Shown here: positions 27,220 through 37,366 of the stretch, piece after piece
Numbering within the stretch: position 1 is the first letter of the stretch
How the letters are laid out: every line of letters starts with the position of its first letter
The notes under the pieces: model-generated
What the model saw: only the letters and a program-made list of their open reading frames with translations
What the model was told of the DNA's origin: nothing
Databases searched by the model: none
Program-made: the position numbers and the translations under genes
Origin: a virus
Virus record (IMG/VR): IMGVR_UViG_3300010397_000003
Location: 1 to 64,000 of that record
DNA: 64,000 nt
Strand: one strand, 5' to 3'

Positions 27220-27805
27220 GGTAGATGAAGCCCAACGGAGGATCGCGGCGTTCGTTAATTCAATGATCGTGAGCCGCCTTGCGGCAAAAGGAAAAGCAAA
27301 ATGAGCGAGAAATGTGAAATCGGCGCGCACTACGTTGTTGGATTCATGTTCAGCGCAGACCTTCGGTTTGTTCTATTAGTGCTAAAGAATCGTCCTGACT
27401 GGCAGCGCGGAAAGCTTAACGGCGTTGGCGGTAAGGTTGAAGAAAACGAGTCACCGGATCAAGCGATGAGCCGTGAGTTCTTAGAAGAGGCCGCGATTGA
27501 CACCGAGGACTGGCTGCGCTTCGCAACGCTTGGTGATGATCGTGGATGGATCATTCATTTCTATTACGCGAAGGGCGACATCAACAAGGCAAAAACCGTG
27601 ACCGACGAATCACTGATGATGTTTCCGCTCTGGAAGGTGTCGAGTGATACGACGCTAATTCCCAACCTTACGTGGCTGATTCCAATGGCTCTAAGTATGC
27701 AGAAAGAGCGCTGCGATTACTTTCAAATTACCGAGCAGCAAATATTTGAGCCACGAACGCAGGATTAACTGACGCCGCCGAATGCCCTTTGGTTGCAGAA
27801 AAAGA
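27220..27805 (+). mobile_element. putative single-gene cassette (A arms 27226..27285 and 27732..27797)
   Basis: both arms show 37-nt spacing; enclose only the Nudix gene. Confidence 0.75.
27301..27768 (+). CDS. Nudix hydrolase
   Basis: Nudix box GGKVEENESPDQAMSREFLEEA. Confidence 0.9.
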   Translation: MSEKCEIGAHYVVGFMFSADLRFVLLVLKNRPDWQRGKLNGVGGKVEENESPDQAMSREFLEEAAIDTEDWLRFATLGDDRGWIIHFYYAKGDINKAKTVTDESLMMFPLWKVSSDTTLIPNLTWLIPMALSMQKERCDYFQITEQQIFEPRTQD

Positions 27806-27807
27806 AA

Positions 27808-28158
27808 ATGCCGAAACGAATTCAACGGAGCCGCAAGAAGGGATCGCGATTGCCCTACGGGACAGTTTGCCTAACGCGGCCCGGCCCCTATGGAAATCCT
27901 TTCAGAGTTGGGATGTGGTTTCGCAAGATCACCTCGGACTGGAAAGTGTGGACAAGGGGTAACAGTCCTGCGTTTGGCAATCAGCAAGTTCGCGATTTAG
28001 AGCATTCGCTGGAATTGTTTGACGAGTACGCAGAATGTCGTATCAAGTGGCAGCCTGATTGGCTCAACCCGATTCTCGACAAAGACTTCTGGGCGTGCTG
28101 GTGCCCGCTCACTTCCAAGTGCCACGTTGACACTTACCTCAGACTGGCGAACCAATGA
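27808..28158 (+). CDS. DUF4326-like protein
   Basis: PKRIQRSRKKG..RPGPYGNPF..ACWCP...CH. Confidence 0.75.
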   Translation: MPKRIQRSRKKGSRLPYGTVCLTRPGPYGNPFRVGMWFRKITSDWKVWTRGNSPAFGNQQVRDLEHSLELFDEYAECRIKWQPDWLNPILDKDFWACWCPLTSKCHVDTYLRLANQ

Positions 28159-28718
28159 AACGATCACCCATAGGCCCAAAGACGTTTGCAGAAGCCCTAG
28201 AGAAGCGTCTAGCGCAGCCTCAGAAGCCGCGTAAGCGTGGTTATGAATGGAAACGTCCGCGCAAAGCTCTGGACTTCAAGGGAAGAAAGCGTCTCACGTC
28301 ACGCCGGCCGAACAAGGGCAAGACTGTAGATGGCGATTCGCCTAGGGCGATCAAGGACGAATGCGATCAACTTGTGCGGGACATTATCGCGTTGCGTGAT
28401 TGTTCCTGTGTCACATGCAACCGAGGGGATCGAGTACTTCATGTGGGCCACTTGTTCAGGCGCGGCCTTGAATCTGTCCGCTGGAATCTCTTGAACTGTA
28501 ACGCGCAGTGCGACCCATGCAACGTGATTCATGAAACAGAACCGCTTCACTATCAAATGTGGTTCAGATTCGTTTACGGCAACGTAGCTTATGACGTGTT
28601 GGAAATCGCAAGCCGAAGCAAGCACAAATTCAAGTACATCGAACTAGGCGAGATCCGCGACGGGTTGCGAGCGGAACTGAAGCGATACGAAGCAGCGCAG
28701 AAAGCGAGAGCAGCATAG
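28155..28718 (+). CDS. NinG/Rap-like HNH nuclease
   Basis: RD..CVTC..GHLF.R....RW...NCNAQCDPCN. Confidence 0.8.
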   Translation: MKRSPIGPKTFAEALEKRLAQPQKPRKRGYEWKRPRKALDFKGRKRLTSRRPNKGKTVDGDSPRAIKDECDQLVRDIIALRDCSCVTCNRGDRVLHVGHLFRRGLESVRWNLLNCNAQCDPCNVIHETEPLHYQMWFRFVYGNVAYDVLEIASRSKHKFKYIELGEIRDGLRAELKRYEAAQKARAA

Positions 28719-29078
28719 ATGGATAGAGATATCGTCAACACACACGATCAGTTGCGCGCGGCCGGTGGCGGGGTTGCTATCGTCCCGACATATACAGGCA
28801 CTCGAACTCAATATCCCTACGGTTGGGGTATCTATCGAATGGGTGCCGACGGAAAACAGATCGTCACTGATTCAAAAGCGCATTGGGCTGATTACGGCAA
28901 GAAGATATTCTCGCACAACAGGCACAAAGGGACGCCCGCCGAATGTAAGCGGCTATCGCTTGAAGAAGCAAAGCGGTGGGTTGCCGAGCAGGGATGGTAT
29001 GACGGCGAATGGAAACGCAACCGAATGCGCGACTATGTTCCGGCTGAAATTAACAAGAGGTTTCCACTTTCCAAATGA
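28719..29078 (+). CDS. hypothetical protein
   Basis: 119 aa coupled ORF. Confidence 0.6.
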   Translation: MDRDIVNTHDQLRAAGGGVAIVPTYTGTRTQYPYGWGIYRMGADGKQIVTDSKAHWADYGKKIFSHNRHKGTPAECKRLSLEEAKRWVAEQGWYDGEWKRNRMRDYVPAEINKRFPLSK

Positions 29079-29144
29079 CGGCAGTTTGCAGCGCGTGTTA
29101 CCGGCGGAACTCGCTGTTTCGAGTCCCAACCGAAAAGAAACGAA

Positions 29145-29206
29145 GCGAACGGAAGTGAGCCGGACAAGTGAGATCGACTGACGCCCGTGAATGCCCTTGG
29201 GTTTCA
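29145..29206 (+). repeat. cassette arm type A (partner not found)
   Basis: GTGAGCC-N37-GGGTTTCA with GACGCC and GAATGCCC. Confidence 0.7.
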
Positions 29207-29353
29207 AAACAGAAAATGATTTGCGCAGATTTGAATGTTGAAGCCACGGAAGACTTAGGGGATGAAATGAAAAACTTAGACTTTGCGATTTTCTTTGTTG
29301 GTTCGATTTGGGCGATCGCTTGGGCTATTGTCCGCGTCGTTCAGACTCGAAGC

Positions 29354-29878
29354 AAGATGTAGGGGATCGAAACCAAAGGGAGTCTAACGACGCCCGTATC
29401 TTGAAAGTTTGTGGGCCGCTCTGCGGCGAGGGGAGAAGATGGCGCTAGATTGCAAAACTGTTTATTACGACGGCGGCAGCATGGTCGTTGGCTGTGGTTC
29501 GCAGCCTTGCAAATGCGGACATCTAGCCGCGTTGTTTGAAGAGGATCATGAGGCGATCTTCGCCGAACTGGAAGCGGAACTAGCGAAGCCGTTACCCGCT
29601 GATTACGTGCCAAGTGGCCAAGAGTGGTGGGACTGAATGGCGACCAAAACACCCAAACATCTCAAGCTATCGAAAACAATGCTGGCGCAGATTGCCGCCT
29701 ATGCTCAGGACTGCGAAGAGGCCGGATGGTACTACGGAAATAGGGCCGAGTTCTGGAAACGCCACAAGGCGATTAAGGCGTGGCTCAAGCAGGAAATCTC
29801 CGCGCGAGCGAAAAGCTCGCCACGAATCCACGCTAAAACGGACGCCGTGATCGGCCCTATGGCTTCGATCAAAGAATG
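29354..29878 (+). mobile_element. putative two-gene cassette (A arms 29368..29427 and 29804..29867)
   Basis: both arms start GATCGAA(A/G)CCA from outside; AAGA(A)TG at both junctions. Confidence 0.75.
29439..29636 (+). CDS. small hypothetical protein
   Basis: GGGGAG RBS at arm head. Confidence 0.55.
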   Translation: MALDCKTVYYDGGSMVVGCGSQPCKCGHLAALFEEDHEAIFAELEAELAKPLPADYVPSGQEWWD

Positions 29879-29879
29879 A
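29637..29879 (+). CDS. hypothetical protein, paralog of 3776..4069
   Basis: see paralog; C-terminus is translated arm. Confidence 0.75.
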   Translation: MATKTPKHLKLSKTMLAQIAAYAQDCEEAGWYYGNRAEFWKRHKAIKAWLKQEISARAKSSPRIHAKTDAVIGPMASIKE

Positions 29880-29912
29880 TTTGAGGAATGATTTGAGAGG
29901 AGAGCTAAGAGA

Positions 29913-31502
29913 ATGGCTGAGATTCAACTTACAGTGACGGAACATGATGCCATTCGGCAACTTCAAGCCCTAGCGCAAGCGTGGCCGTCATCACTGTGGC
30001 TATTCTCCGCAAGCGGCTCGCTTCATGTTATGCGCAAAGTGAACGGCAAGCGAATGATGAACAAGCATGATGGCGGGATCGACGCCGATTACGTGGTTGA
30101 GACAATCAAAGGCATCGACAACGACGGAGGTGACTGGTAGCAATGCCTGACAAATCCACCACAGATAAAGACCGCAAACGAGCCGAGACGCAAATACGTG
30201 TAGCAGCCGCAGAAATGTACGACTTGTTGCCGCTTGGTGTCTACGAACGTGTAATCAAGCGCATGGCTGAGGCCGCCACTACCTTTGCATCTGAAGTACG
30301 AGCAGAACAAAAGATTCCGTCGTGCGCAATCTGCGGCGGCGGTCGCGTGTCGATTCGTGGTCGATTCCCACGCGATCCACAACGCGAGGTCTGCCCGACC
30401 TGCGTCACTGAGAGGCTTGAGCAGATTCACGAAATCGCAAGCATGGAATATGGTGCTGCCGCTGCGATTCGTAACGAGGTAGAACCATGACAGTAAAACA
30501 AGTTCCAGCGAAGTACCAAGCATCGGACGGCGTAGAGTTCGACAACGAAGAGGAAGCCAAACTTCATGACGAACTGATTACGGCGCGGAAAGAATACGAT
30601 GAGGCCCGAGGCAAGTTCAGCCGCGCCGTGGCTGCAACTCAAAAGACGGCGGACGGGGAGCTGTTCGATTTTAGAGGTGGCGAGTTTTGGTACGTCACCG
30701 ACTATTACAATCAAGAGCCGCGGTTGAAGCGCGTTTACTTTCTCGGTTGGAATTTTGAGGTAACCGAGTACGGCGACCGCGTTGAAATTAGCCAGGACGA
30801 AACGGACGGTAACAACCGTCAACAGCGTCACTCCTACCCGATAAACAAACTCTACACAACTAAACGACGAGCATCTGAGGCGCTTGTTGGCGCTCTTGAA
30901 TCGTGGGCAAACGAAGTGCGTCGGACTGTTACCGAAACACAGGACGAATTGAGACGATCATGACTGACAGCAAAGCTAAATCAAAATCAGAAGTAGCACG
31001 TAACATTGCCCGTACTTATTCTGAGGCCGCGCTGATCCCATTGTGTGCCAGTCAAATTGAACTAGCGATTGCTAATGCAGAGTCTCAACTGGCTGAAGAG
31101 GTGCTGAGAGAGATTGCCAGTTTAGAGGAACGAACTGCTTATGCTGTTTATGTTGGCAAACGGCTGCGCGAGTTATTCGCCAAGTTGAATGTGAAGGTGG
31201 AGGGGTAGAAGATGATCGTTGAAACAACGCAGAAGGTTGATCCAGAAGTCGCCAGCGACATGCTAAATGGGCTGGCGCGGCTTGATGGGTTTATTTGCGG
31301 CTACGTCCGAATAGATGCCAAGCAGTTCACGTTGGTCACTCTCATTCAATGCAAAGACGGCGACGTGGGGCGCGGGCAGCGTGAAGTGCGATACGTCGAA
31401 GGCCGCGAAGGCGCAAACGACTACCGCAACGCCAAACGGTTTCAGGATGAAGTCAACGAACCGCCCGCACCGTGGCAAGGCAACTTTATCGAGGTTTTGT
31501 GA
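29913..31502 (+). other. run of five small coupled hypothetical genes (29913..30140, 30143..30490, 30487..30963, 30960..31208, 31212..31502)
   Basis: tight start/stop coupling on + strand. Confidence 0.6.
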
Positions 31503-31523
31503 GCGCAACATATTTACTTCTGT

Positions 31524-31916
31524 ATGACCATTATGAGCCAGAACCTTCTAAAAAACTCTAAGCAAGGGAGTCAAGTATATAATTCCCTTATTTTAAGTAA
31601 TCCACGCCAAGAGATACGCCTTTTCAGGAAGCCGGATTGGGCATTCAAAGGCGATATATCGACCTTCAAGACTAACCGTTGGGCAGAAATGATCACAGGT
31701 AGCAAACACTACCGCCGCCATTGGGACGATGATGATTTTGATGCACTGATAGCTCTGTCATTCACAGATAACGGGCGGTTCTTGTGTGAGTGCGGCAGAT
31801 TCTTTGACGAGCCGTTTGGCGCTTCAAATCACGGTATTTGGCAAATGCACTGCCCGCACTGCGGAGGTAGAAGTTATAAAGAACCCGAGGGAGTTAAAGA
31901 TGCGCGAACAGACTAG
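31524..31916 (+). CDS. hypothetical Zn-ribbon protein
   Basis: CECG..CPHCGG; B-arm-like sequence at 5' end. Confidence 0.5.
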   Translation: MTIMSQNLLKNSKQGSQVYNSLILSNPRQEIRLFRKPDWAFKGDISTFKTNRWAEMITGSKHYRRHWDDDDFDALIALSFTDNGRFLCECGRFFDEPFGASNHGIWQMHCPHCGGRSYKEPEGVKDARTD

Positions 31917-32733
31917 TGAGCCAGCCAAGAGATCGTGCCGAGAGTGTGGGGAGCGAAGCTGGCATTTAGTCGAATGCCCACTGAATACGGAAGGCGCGAG
32001 TCGTCTCTATGTCTCAGACTCTGAGCGCGTCCCTGAACCAGTACCCAACCGGCACGCTTTCCAAGAGCCGGGAGGCGGCCTTGTTGGTTGTTTCAAAGCT
32101 CACCGTGGTCAACCAAAGGATGCAACGGTTCACGCTGCACCACAGAAAGACGAAGCCGAGAGTTTAGGAGTTGAGGCGCAGAAGGTTTACACACAACCTT
32201 TTTTGCGGGCTGCTACACGAATTGTGAAAATATTTCTTTCGCCTCCCGCAGACGAGCGGGCGATTAAGAGCGTCGCGGCCATAATGGAGCAGGAATGGAA
32301 CCGAGCAGCGCCCACCTCAGCCCAGAAGTTAGGTTGTGCCGCTCACGGATTCAAGTTTCGAGAAGGCTGCGATGCTTGTGAATCAACTGCCTCAGCCCCA
32401 GCAGGGCCGGAACTCAAGCAAGTGGTTCAGAAGTTTTTAGATGATGAATGGTGCGGTGTATTGAATGAATATCAGCGCCGCCACATCGCTAAGGAAATCG
32501 AATTCCAATGGGAGTTAGCTAAACTTCGTGCCACCCATGCACCAACAGAGCCAAGTGTAGAGCCAACGATTCGAGTCAGAGCGCAGTGGTTCATTGACCA
32601 CGAGAAGGATCAACACCTTGACCATGCCTGCTTTGAGTGTACAGGCGACGAAGCTACGAAGCGTCACGGATTCACTTGCTACTTTCATCAGGCGGTGGCT
32701 GCTGTCCGTGAGCATTTCCAAAAAGGAGAATAA
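31900..32733 (+). CDS. mosaic Cys-rich hypothetical protein
   Basis: GGAG RBS before MREQ; several CxxC/H motifs. Confidence 0.55.
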   Translation: MREQTSEPAKRSCRECGERSWHLVECPLNTEGASRLYVSDSERVPEPVPNRHAFQEPGGGLVGCFKAHRGQPKDATVHAAPQKDEAESLGVEAQKVYTQPFLRAATRIVKIFLSPPADERAIKSVAAIMEQEWNRAAPTSAQKLGCAAHGFKFREGCDACESTASAPAGPELKQVVQKFLDDEWCGVLNEYQRRHIAKEIEFQWELAKLRATHAPTEPSVEPTIRVRAQWFIDHEKDQHLDHACFECTGDEATKRHGFTCYFHQAVAAVREHFQKGE

Positions 32734-33034
32734 GTAAATGTCAGGACTGTGGAGAAACGATTCAGAGACGCCAGAAGGCAAGTATCCGATTGTGCCGCGG
32801 CGGGACGGGAGGAGTCACAACTATGAATGAGTCACCCACACCGCCAGAGCGAATCACGTCGCCCGTACCTGATGAACTGTGCCCGCACGTGGAATTAGGA
32901 GAAGAGATGGCTGGCGGTTTTGTCTTTGATGCCGAGAGTCCAAAAGTAAGCGTTGGCATGTGCGAGGTTTGTTTGGCGATCTGCCGCGCTGAATTCATTA
33001 CCGCTGAACCGTTCAGCCTGTACAGGAGAGAGCA

Positions 33035-33409
33035 ATGAGCGAGGACTTTGACAAACTAAAAGCGCGTAAAGACATGCTAGTTCAACGCGAACGAGAAACC
33101 GTCCGCTCCGTCTCTCCTGATGCTGACACGTTAGCCTATTGTGGCTGTGGTGATGGGTTTACGACTACAAATCCAGGTACGTGTGTTAACTGTCTCGCAT
33201 CGCTTACCGCTCCTGATGCTGGAGAGGTAGCGCGGAGAGCGGCAGAGAAGATTTGGGAGAAGTTTCGAGTTTACGATCCCGGTGCAGCAATTAACGAGAT
33301 GCAGATCGACATCTTTGCGGGCATCATTCAATCCGAACTCGCCAACGTCGGTACTCCCGATGCAGATGAGCCGCAGGATTCAGGAACCGCAACCAAAGGT
33401 CATTCGTAG
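33035..33409 (+). CDS. hypothetical protein ending in cassette arm
   Basis: coupled ORF. Confidence 0.5.
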   Translation: MSEDFDKLKARKDMLVQRERETVRSVSPDADTLAYCGCGDGFTTTNPGTCVNCLASLTAPDAGEVARRAAEKIWEKFRVYDPGAAINEMQIDIFAGIIQSELANVGTPDADEPQDSGTATKGHS

Positions 33410-34152
33410 ACGACCGTTCAATTACCACGACCGCTCACTAGCGTTCGCAAAGAAAAGAGGGGAGTAGCAATGGAAAGCGCAATCAGGCAGGCCGGGTTGG
33501 TGGAGTTTCCGCCGTTCATGGGTGAAAGAATTTACATGCGAGAGTTTACGAAGCGCGACGGATTGCCGTCCGATCTCTTGCGCTGGCAGTTTACGATTGA
33601 TGCGATGCTTGCCGAGATCGAAACGGATGGGCCAATCTATCTGATGGTTGATCAGGGATTCGTTAACGCTGGGAATGTACATCGAAGAGGAGGCCCGCAT
33701 GTGGACGGTGCTTGGCATCCCGGCATCTCCGCGCACGGTAATCCTCGCCCGCATCACAACCCCATGCCTGAACCTCGACCCTACCCAAGACACAGCCTAA
33801 AACTCGGCGGACACGGGCATCGCTTTGACGGCTCGTCGGAGTTGATAGTTTTCGCGTCTGACGTGCTGGGGTGTCAAGCTTACGTCGGAAGCTACGACGG
33901 CACGCCAGCAGAAGACGGAGATTGTTCGCGCCTCGACCTTAGCCGCATGACCGTTATCAACATGGAGCCGGGGCGTGTGTGGACGGGAGACGCCTTCACG
34001 ACGATCCACGAATCCGTCCCAGTACAGCACGATTGCCTGCGGACAATGGTGCGCCTAAATGCGCCGAACGCAACACGAACCTAGACCGTGCAAGCGTCGC
34101 TAACTCAGACCGTGGAATTGAGTTTTGCGACCACGTATTAACAGACCAATTC
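33377..34152 (+). mobile_element. putative single-gene cassette (A arm 33388..33448, B arm 34070..34146)
   Basis: ATTC at both outer junctions; encloses one gene. Confidence 0.72.
33470..34084 (+). CDS. putative 2OG-Fe(II)/cupin-fold oxygenase-like protein
   Basis: HRRGGPHVDG and IHES..R..VRL (HxD...H...R pattern). Confidence 0.55.
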   Translation: MESAIRQAGLVEFPPFMGERIYMREFTKRDGLPSDLLRWQFTIDAMLAEIETDGPIYLMVDQGFVNAGNVHRRGGPHVDGAWHPGISAHGNPRPHHNPMPEPRPYPRHSLKLGGHGHRFDGSSELIVFASDVLGCQAYVGSYDGTPAEDGDCSRLDLSRMTVINMEPGRVWTGDAFTTIHESVPVQHDCLRTMVRLNAPNATRT

Positions 34153-34181
34153 CCCGTTAATGCAGATGATAAGGAGAAACG

Positions 34182-34769
34182 ATGAAAATAGAAATGACCT
34201 TTGACGGCGTTCGTGTTGACGGAACTTTGGACGGCAAAACCTTTGCTGTTGTGCGACGCGGCGCAGAAACAAGCCTCGAAGGAATCACGGGTGATGACAC
34301 GTTCGGCGGGATGGTCGGTTCTGCGATTCTTGACTTCGCCGGACATGTGCTTGACGGAGCCGTGATTATCATGGAAGCAACTGACGATTTGAAAGTCTGG
34401 GACAAATTGGACGACGATCTTGCGAACGAAGTTTACGACGCGATGATCTGAGGAGCAACCATGACTATGACTAAACCTAATGCAGATGATGAAGCGCGGG
34501 AGATTGTTGGTGCTTTTACTTTGGAGTTAGGCCCAACACGCCGACCGCCAAAAGCAACCGAGGAAATGTTAATGCAAGTTATTGCCGCCGCTCTCACTCG
34601 CTCCCGTCAGCGAGTAGTTGAAGTCGTAAAGGCGAAGCGGGATGAATGGCAACGGCAAGCCGATATCTATGAAGCAGCCGAACATGATTCAGTGTTCGCG
34701 TTTATTAAGTTTGTCGCCGCAGCAAATGAAATTCTCGCTGAGCTAGAGAGGGGGATGGGTAATGGCTGA
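34182..34769 (+). other. two small hypothetical genes (34182..34451, 34461..34769)
   Basis: AGGAG RBSs. Confidence 0.55.
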
Positions 34770-35376
34770 AGAAGACGGAGAGTGGGGCGATATGTATGCC
34801 GACGATGGGCCACGGGATAATCAACCACAAGAACTGCTACCGTGTCCGTTTTGCGGAGAGCGGCCAGTATTGGACGACGCTGGTGACGTGCTGTGCAAAA
34901 AGACTAAATGTCTGGTTCATCCTTTTGTAATTCAAAGCGTGCGAGACGGGAAGCCGCTCAACGATCCAGTGATGGCTTGGAACGCCCGCGCTGCCTGTCC
35001 TGATGAAGTAGAAGCGCCCGACGATGAGATAGTTAAGATTCGTCATGCTTATGGCGGAACAAAGCCAGCATGGTTCAGCGAGCCTCACGCATTTGCTCAG
35101 GTCGCAACCGACATGGATCGTGTCACGTCTACGGTTGCGGCGTTGCGAGAGAGGATCGTCGCACTACAAGAAGAACGCGAGAAAGAAATGTTGGAGGACG
35201 ACGCCTCTAATCAGCCCACCGCCGCCGAAGTTGCAGCGTTACGTGCTGAGAATGAGCGGCAAGATTCGGATCATCTGATGACGGTTGAGCAATATGAAGA
35301 TGAAATTACGTCGCTACGTGCTGAGAACGAAGAACTGAAACAGCGGGGCTGCGGTGAGGGAATGAGGAATGGTTAA
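34762..35376 (+). CDS. Lar-like Zn finger plus coiled coil
   Basis: ELLPCPFCG..AWNARA; LRAENE repeats. Confidence 0.6.
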   Translation: MAEEDGEWGDMYADDGPRDNQPQELLPCPFCGERPVLDDAGDVLCKKTKCLVHPFVIQSVRDGKPLNDPVMAWNARAACPDEVEAPDDEIVKIRHAYGGTKPAWFSEPHAFAQVATDMDRVTSTVAALRERIVALQEEREKEMLEDDASNQPTAAEVAALRAENERQDSDHLMTVEQYEDEITSLRAENEELKQRGCGEGMRNG

Positions 35377-35581
35377 GCTAACAGACCTGTCATTGGTTCA
35401 AATCAAGCCCTTCGTTGACACGGACGGTAATCCGCGCCGTGTTTTAGAATTGGTTTTTGAGTGCGGGCAGAGAGTTAAAGTCTCACCCGAATCGTTAATT
35501 GCCTTCGCGGAACGCGCGATTCGGCAAGCCGAAGCTGCTAAAGATAACGAGCCGTCCCGTGAACACGCCGCCGAGCGATAG
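35369..35581 (+). CDS. hypothetical protein
   Basis: TAG stop lies in arm head. Confidence 0.55.
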   Translation: MVKLTDLSLVQIKPFVDTDGNPRRVLELVFECGQRVKVSPESLIAFAERAIRQAEAAKDNEPSREHAAER

Positions 35582-35659
35582 CGAGTGGTCGCCTTGAGGC
35601 TTACCGAGTTACTGTGAATGCCCTGGGCTTTGAAACCGATAATTCTTTTTCTGAAACCG
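35572..35659 (+). repeat. cassette arm type A plus AATTC core
   Basis: GAGTG-N37-GGGCTTTG with GAATGCCC; inverted TGAAACCG 19 nt later. Confidence 0.6.
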
Positions 35660-35665
35660 ATCTAT

Positions 35666-36137
35666 TCAAGCAAGAGGATCGCGTAGCCCTCGATCCCTCA
35701 ACGGCTTGGTTGATAAGAGATCCGCTTCGGTGTTTTGTTCGCGCGGAATCCACTGGTAAACGACGTTCGGTAATTGGTTCGCCAAGGCCCGCGCCTCATC
35801 GTATTTCGGCAAGTAAATCGGGTCGCGCTTGCGCTTCACTTTCATCCGGCCCGAAATCTGGCTGATGATCATATCCGCATCACCAAAGACTTTCGCCTCG
35901 GTAATGCCATGCTCGATCAGGTATCGGAGAACCAGGCAGAGCCCGCCGTACTCGGCCAGATTGTTTGACGTGCGGCCGTCTCCTAAATACTCCGACAGTT
36001 CCGCGATCGTCGCACCGTTGCGTTTGATTACCGCTCCACAGGCAGGAAGGACCGCCAGGGTTCGGCCACGTCGCGCCATCAAACCAACATTCGACTTCAT
36101 ATTGCTTGTTTGGATCGATCTGTTCTTGAAATAACAT
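35666..36137 (-). pseudogene. rnhA: ribonuclease HI, split by a one-base frameshift
   Basis: frame 1 WFDGATWPNPGGP; frame 2 ACGAVI..SNNLAEY..GDA..WIPREQNTEAD; switch at ~36044..36050. Confidence 0.8.
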
Positions 36138-36320
36138 TCTGATCTCCTTCAGGTAAAAACAGACTGAGGGATTCCCTTCGGCATGCATGCTGTCTTATGC
36201 TCTGGGTATTGCCTTACTCGTTAGCGAAGAGAATTAACCATTAATTTCAGCGCAATTATATACTTGACATACCCAGACTGGTTTGGTAGCATGGTTTCGT
36301 TAAGGAAAGGCGCGAAACCG

Positions 36321-37346
36321 ATGAACCTAGCAGACCTAATGGAGCGATTCGCAACGGTAGAAGCTGCGAGAGAATATCTTGAGAAAGAGCGTTGGCCAGA
36401 AGGCCCGGAATGCCCGCACTGTGGGCTTGTGGGTGAAGCCTACAAGATAACTCCAAAGCCGCGCCACATACCGGACGAATACCAGACGAAGCGCGAAGTA
36501 GCTGCGCAAGCCAAACGAGTACGCAAACCGCGTCAAGGTCTCTGGAAGTGTAAAGACTGCCGTAAGCCGTTCACTGTTACCGTTGGCACTATCTTTGAAG
36601 ATTCACATATCCCGCTTAACAAGTGGGTGATCGCTGTTCATCTCATGTGCGCCAGCAAAAAAGGAATGAGTGCGCATCAGATTCACCGGATGCTCGGAGT
36701 GACTTACAAAACGGCGTGGTTTATGTGTCACCGCATCCGCTACGGAATGTCTCAAGAACCTCTGGCCTCGCAGCTTACGGGCGTTGTAGAGGCCGATGAA
36801 ACCTACGTTGGCGGTCGTCTGCGACATAAACAATCTACTCAGGTCAAACAAGGCGTGCGTGCACAGGATCGCGTTTCACCGTTTGACAATAAAGCCGCCG
36901 TCTTTTCAATCCTGCAACGTGACGGCCGCGTGCGCTCTACGCATATGGATCGCGTCACTGGCGAGAACCTGAAAGCCGCAATCAAGCAAGTCTGCGCGCC
37001 GGACGCGCATATCATCACGGACAATTATCCGGGCTACAAACGTCTCAAGAGTGAATTCAAACACTCTAGCGTCAATCACTCTGCCGGAGAATACGCACGC
37101 TGGGAAGATGGCGTCTGCATCACGACGAATTCAATCGAGGGTTTCTTTTCAATTCTCAAGCGCGGCATTAATGGAACGTATCATCACGTTTCCAAACAAC
37201 ATCTTCACCGCTATCTCTCAGAGTTTGATTTCAGATACAACGCCCGCAAGATGACTGATAGTGATCGCCGTGAAGCCGCGCTCAAGGGTTTCTCAGGCAA
37301 GCGGCTCATGCTTCACGATCCTATTGGCAAGACTGGCGAAAACTAA
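36321..37346 (+). CDS. IS1595-family (ISXO2-like) DDE transposase
   Basis: Zn ribbon CPHC..CKDC, VEADETYVGG, IITD, TNSIEGFF, RYLSEFDFRYN. Confidence 0.93.
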   Translation: MNLADLMERFATVEAAREYLEKERWPEGPECPHCGLVGEAYKITPKPRHIPDEYQTKREVAAQAKRVRKPRQGLWKCKDCRKPFTVTVGTIFEDSHIPLNKWVIAVHLMCASKKGMSAHQIHRMLGVTYKTAWFMCHRIRYGMSQEPLASQLTGVVEADETYVGGRLRHKQSTQVKQGVRAQDRVSPFDNKAAVFSILQRDGRVRSTHMDRVTGENLKAAIKQVCAPDAHIITDNYPGYKRLKSEFKHSSVNHSAGEYARWEDGVCITTNSIEGFFSILKRGINGTYHHVSKQHLHRYLSEFDFRYNARKMTDSDRREAALKGFSGKRLMLHDPIGKTGEN

Positions 37347-37366
37347 ACCAATCGACTAGGCTATAG

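Noticed and set aside
31902-31980. Possible A arm (GTGAGCC-N37-TGGCATTT); similar weak hits at 8745, 9830, 20240 and 35300
   Set aside because: Spacing fits in some but internal GACGCC/GAATGCCC motifs are absent and the sequence is coding; not counted
4096-35659. Arms as CRISPR repeats, terminators or promoters
   Set aside because: They are dispersed, degenerate and in both orientations within one operon, with no regular spacers, U-tracts or consistent -10/-35 boxes
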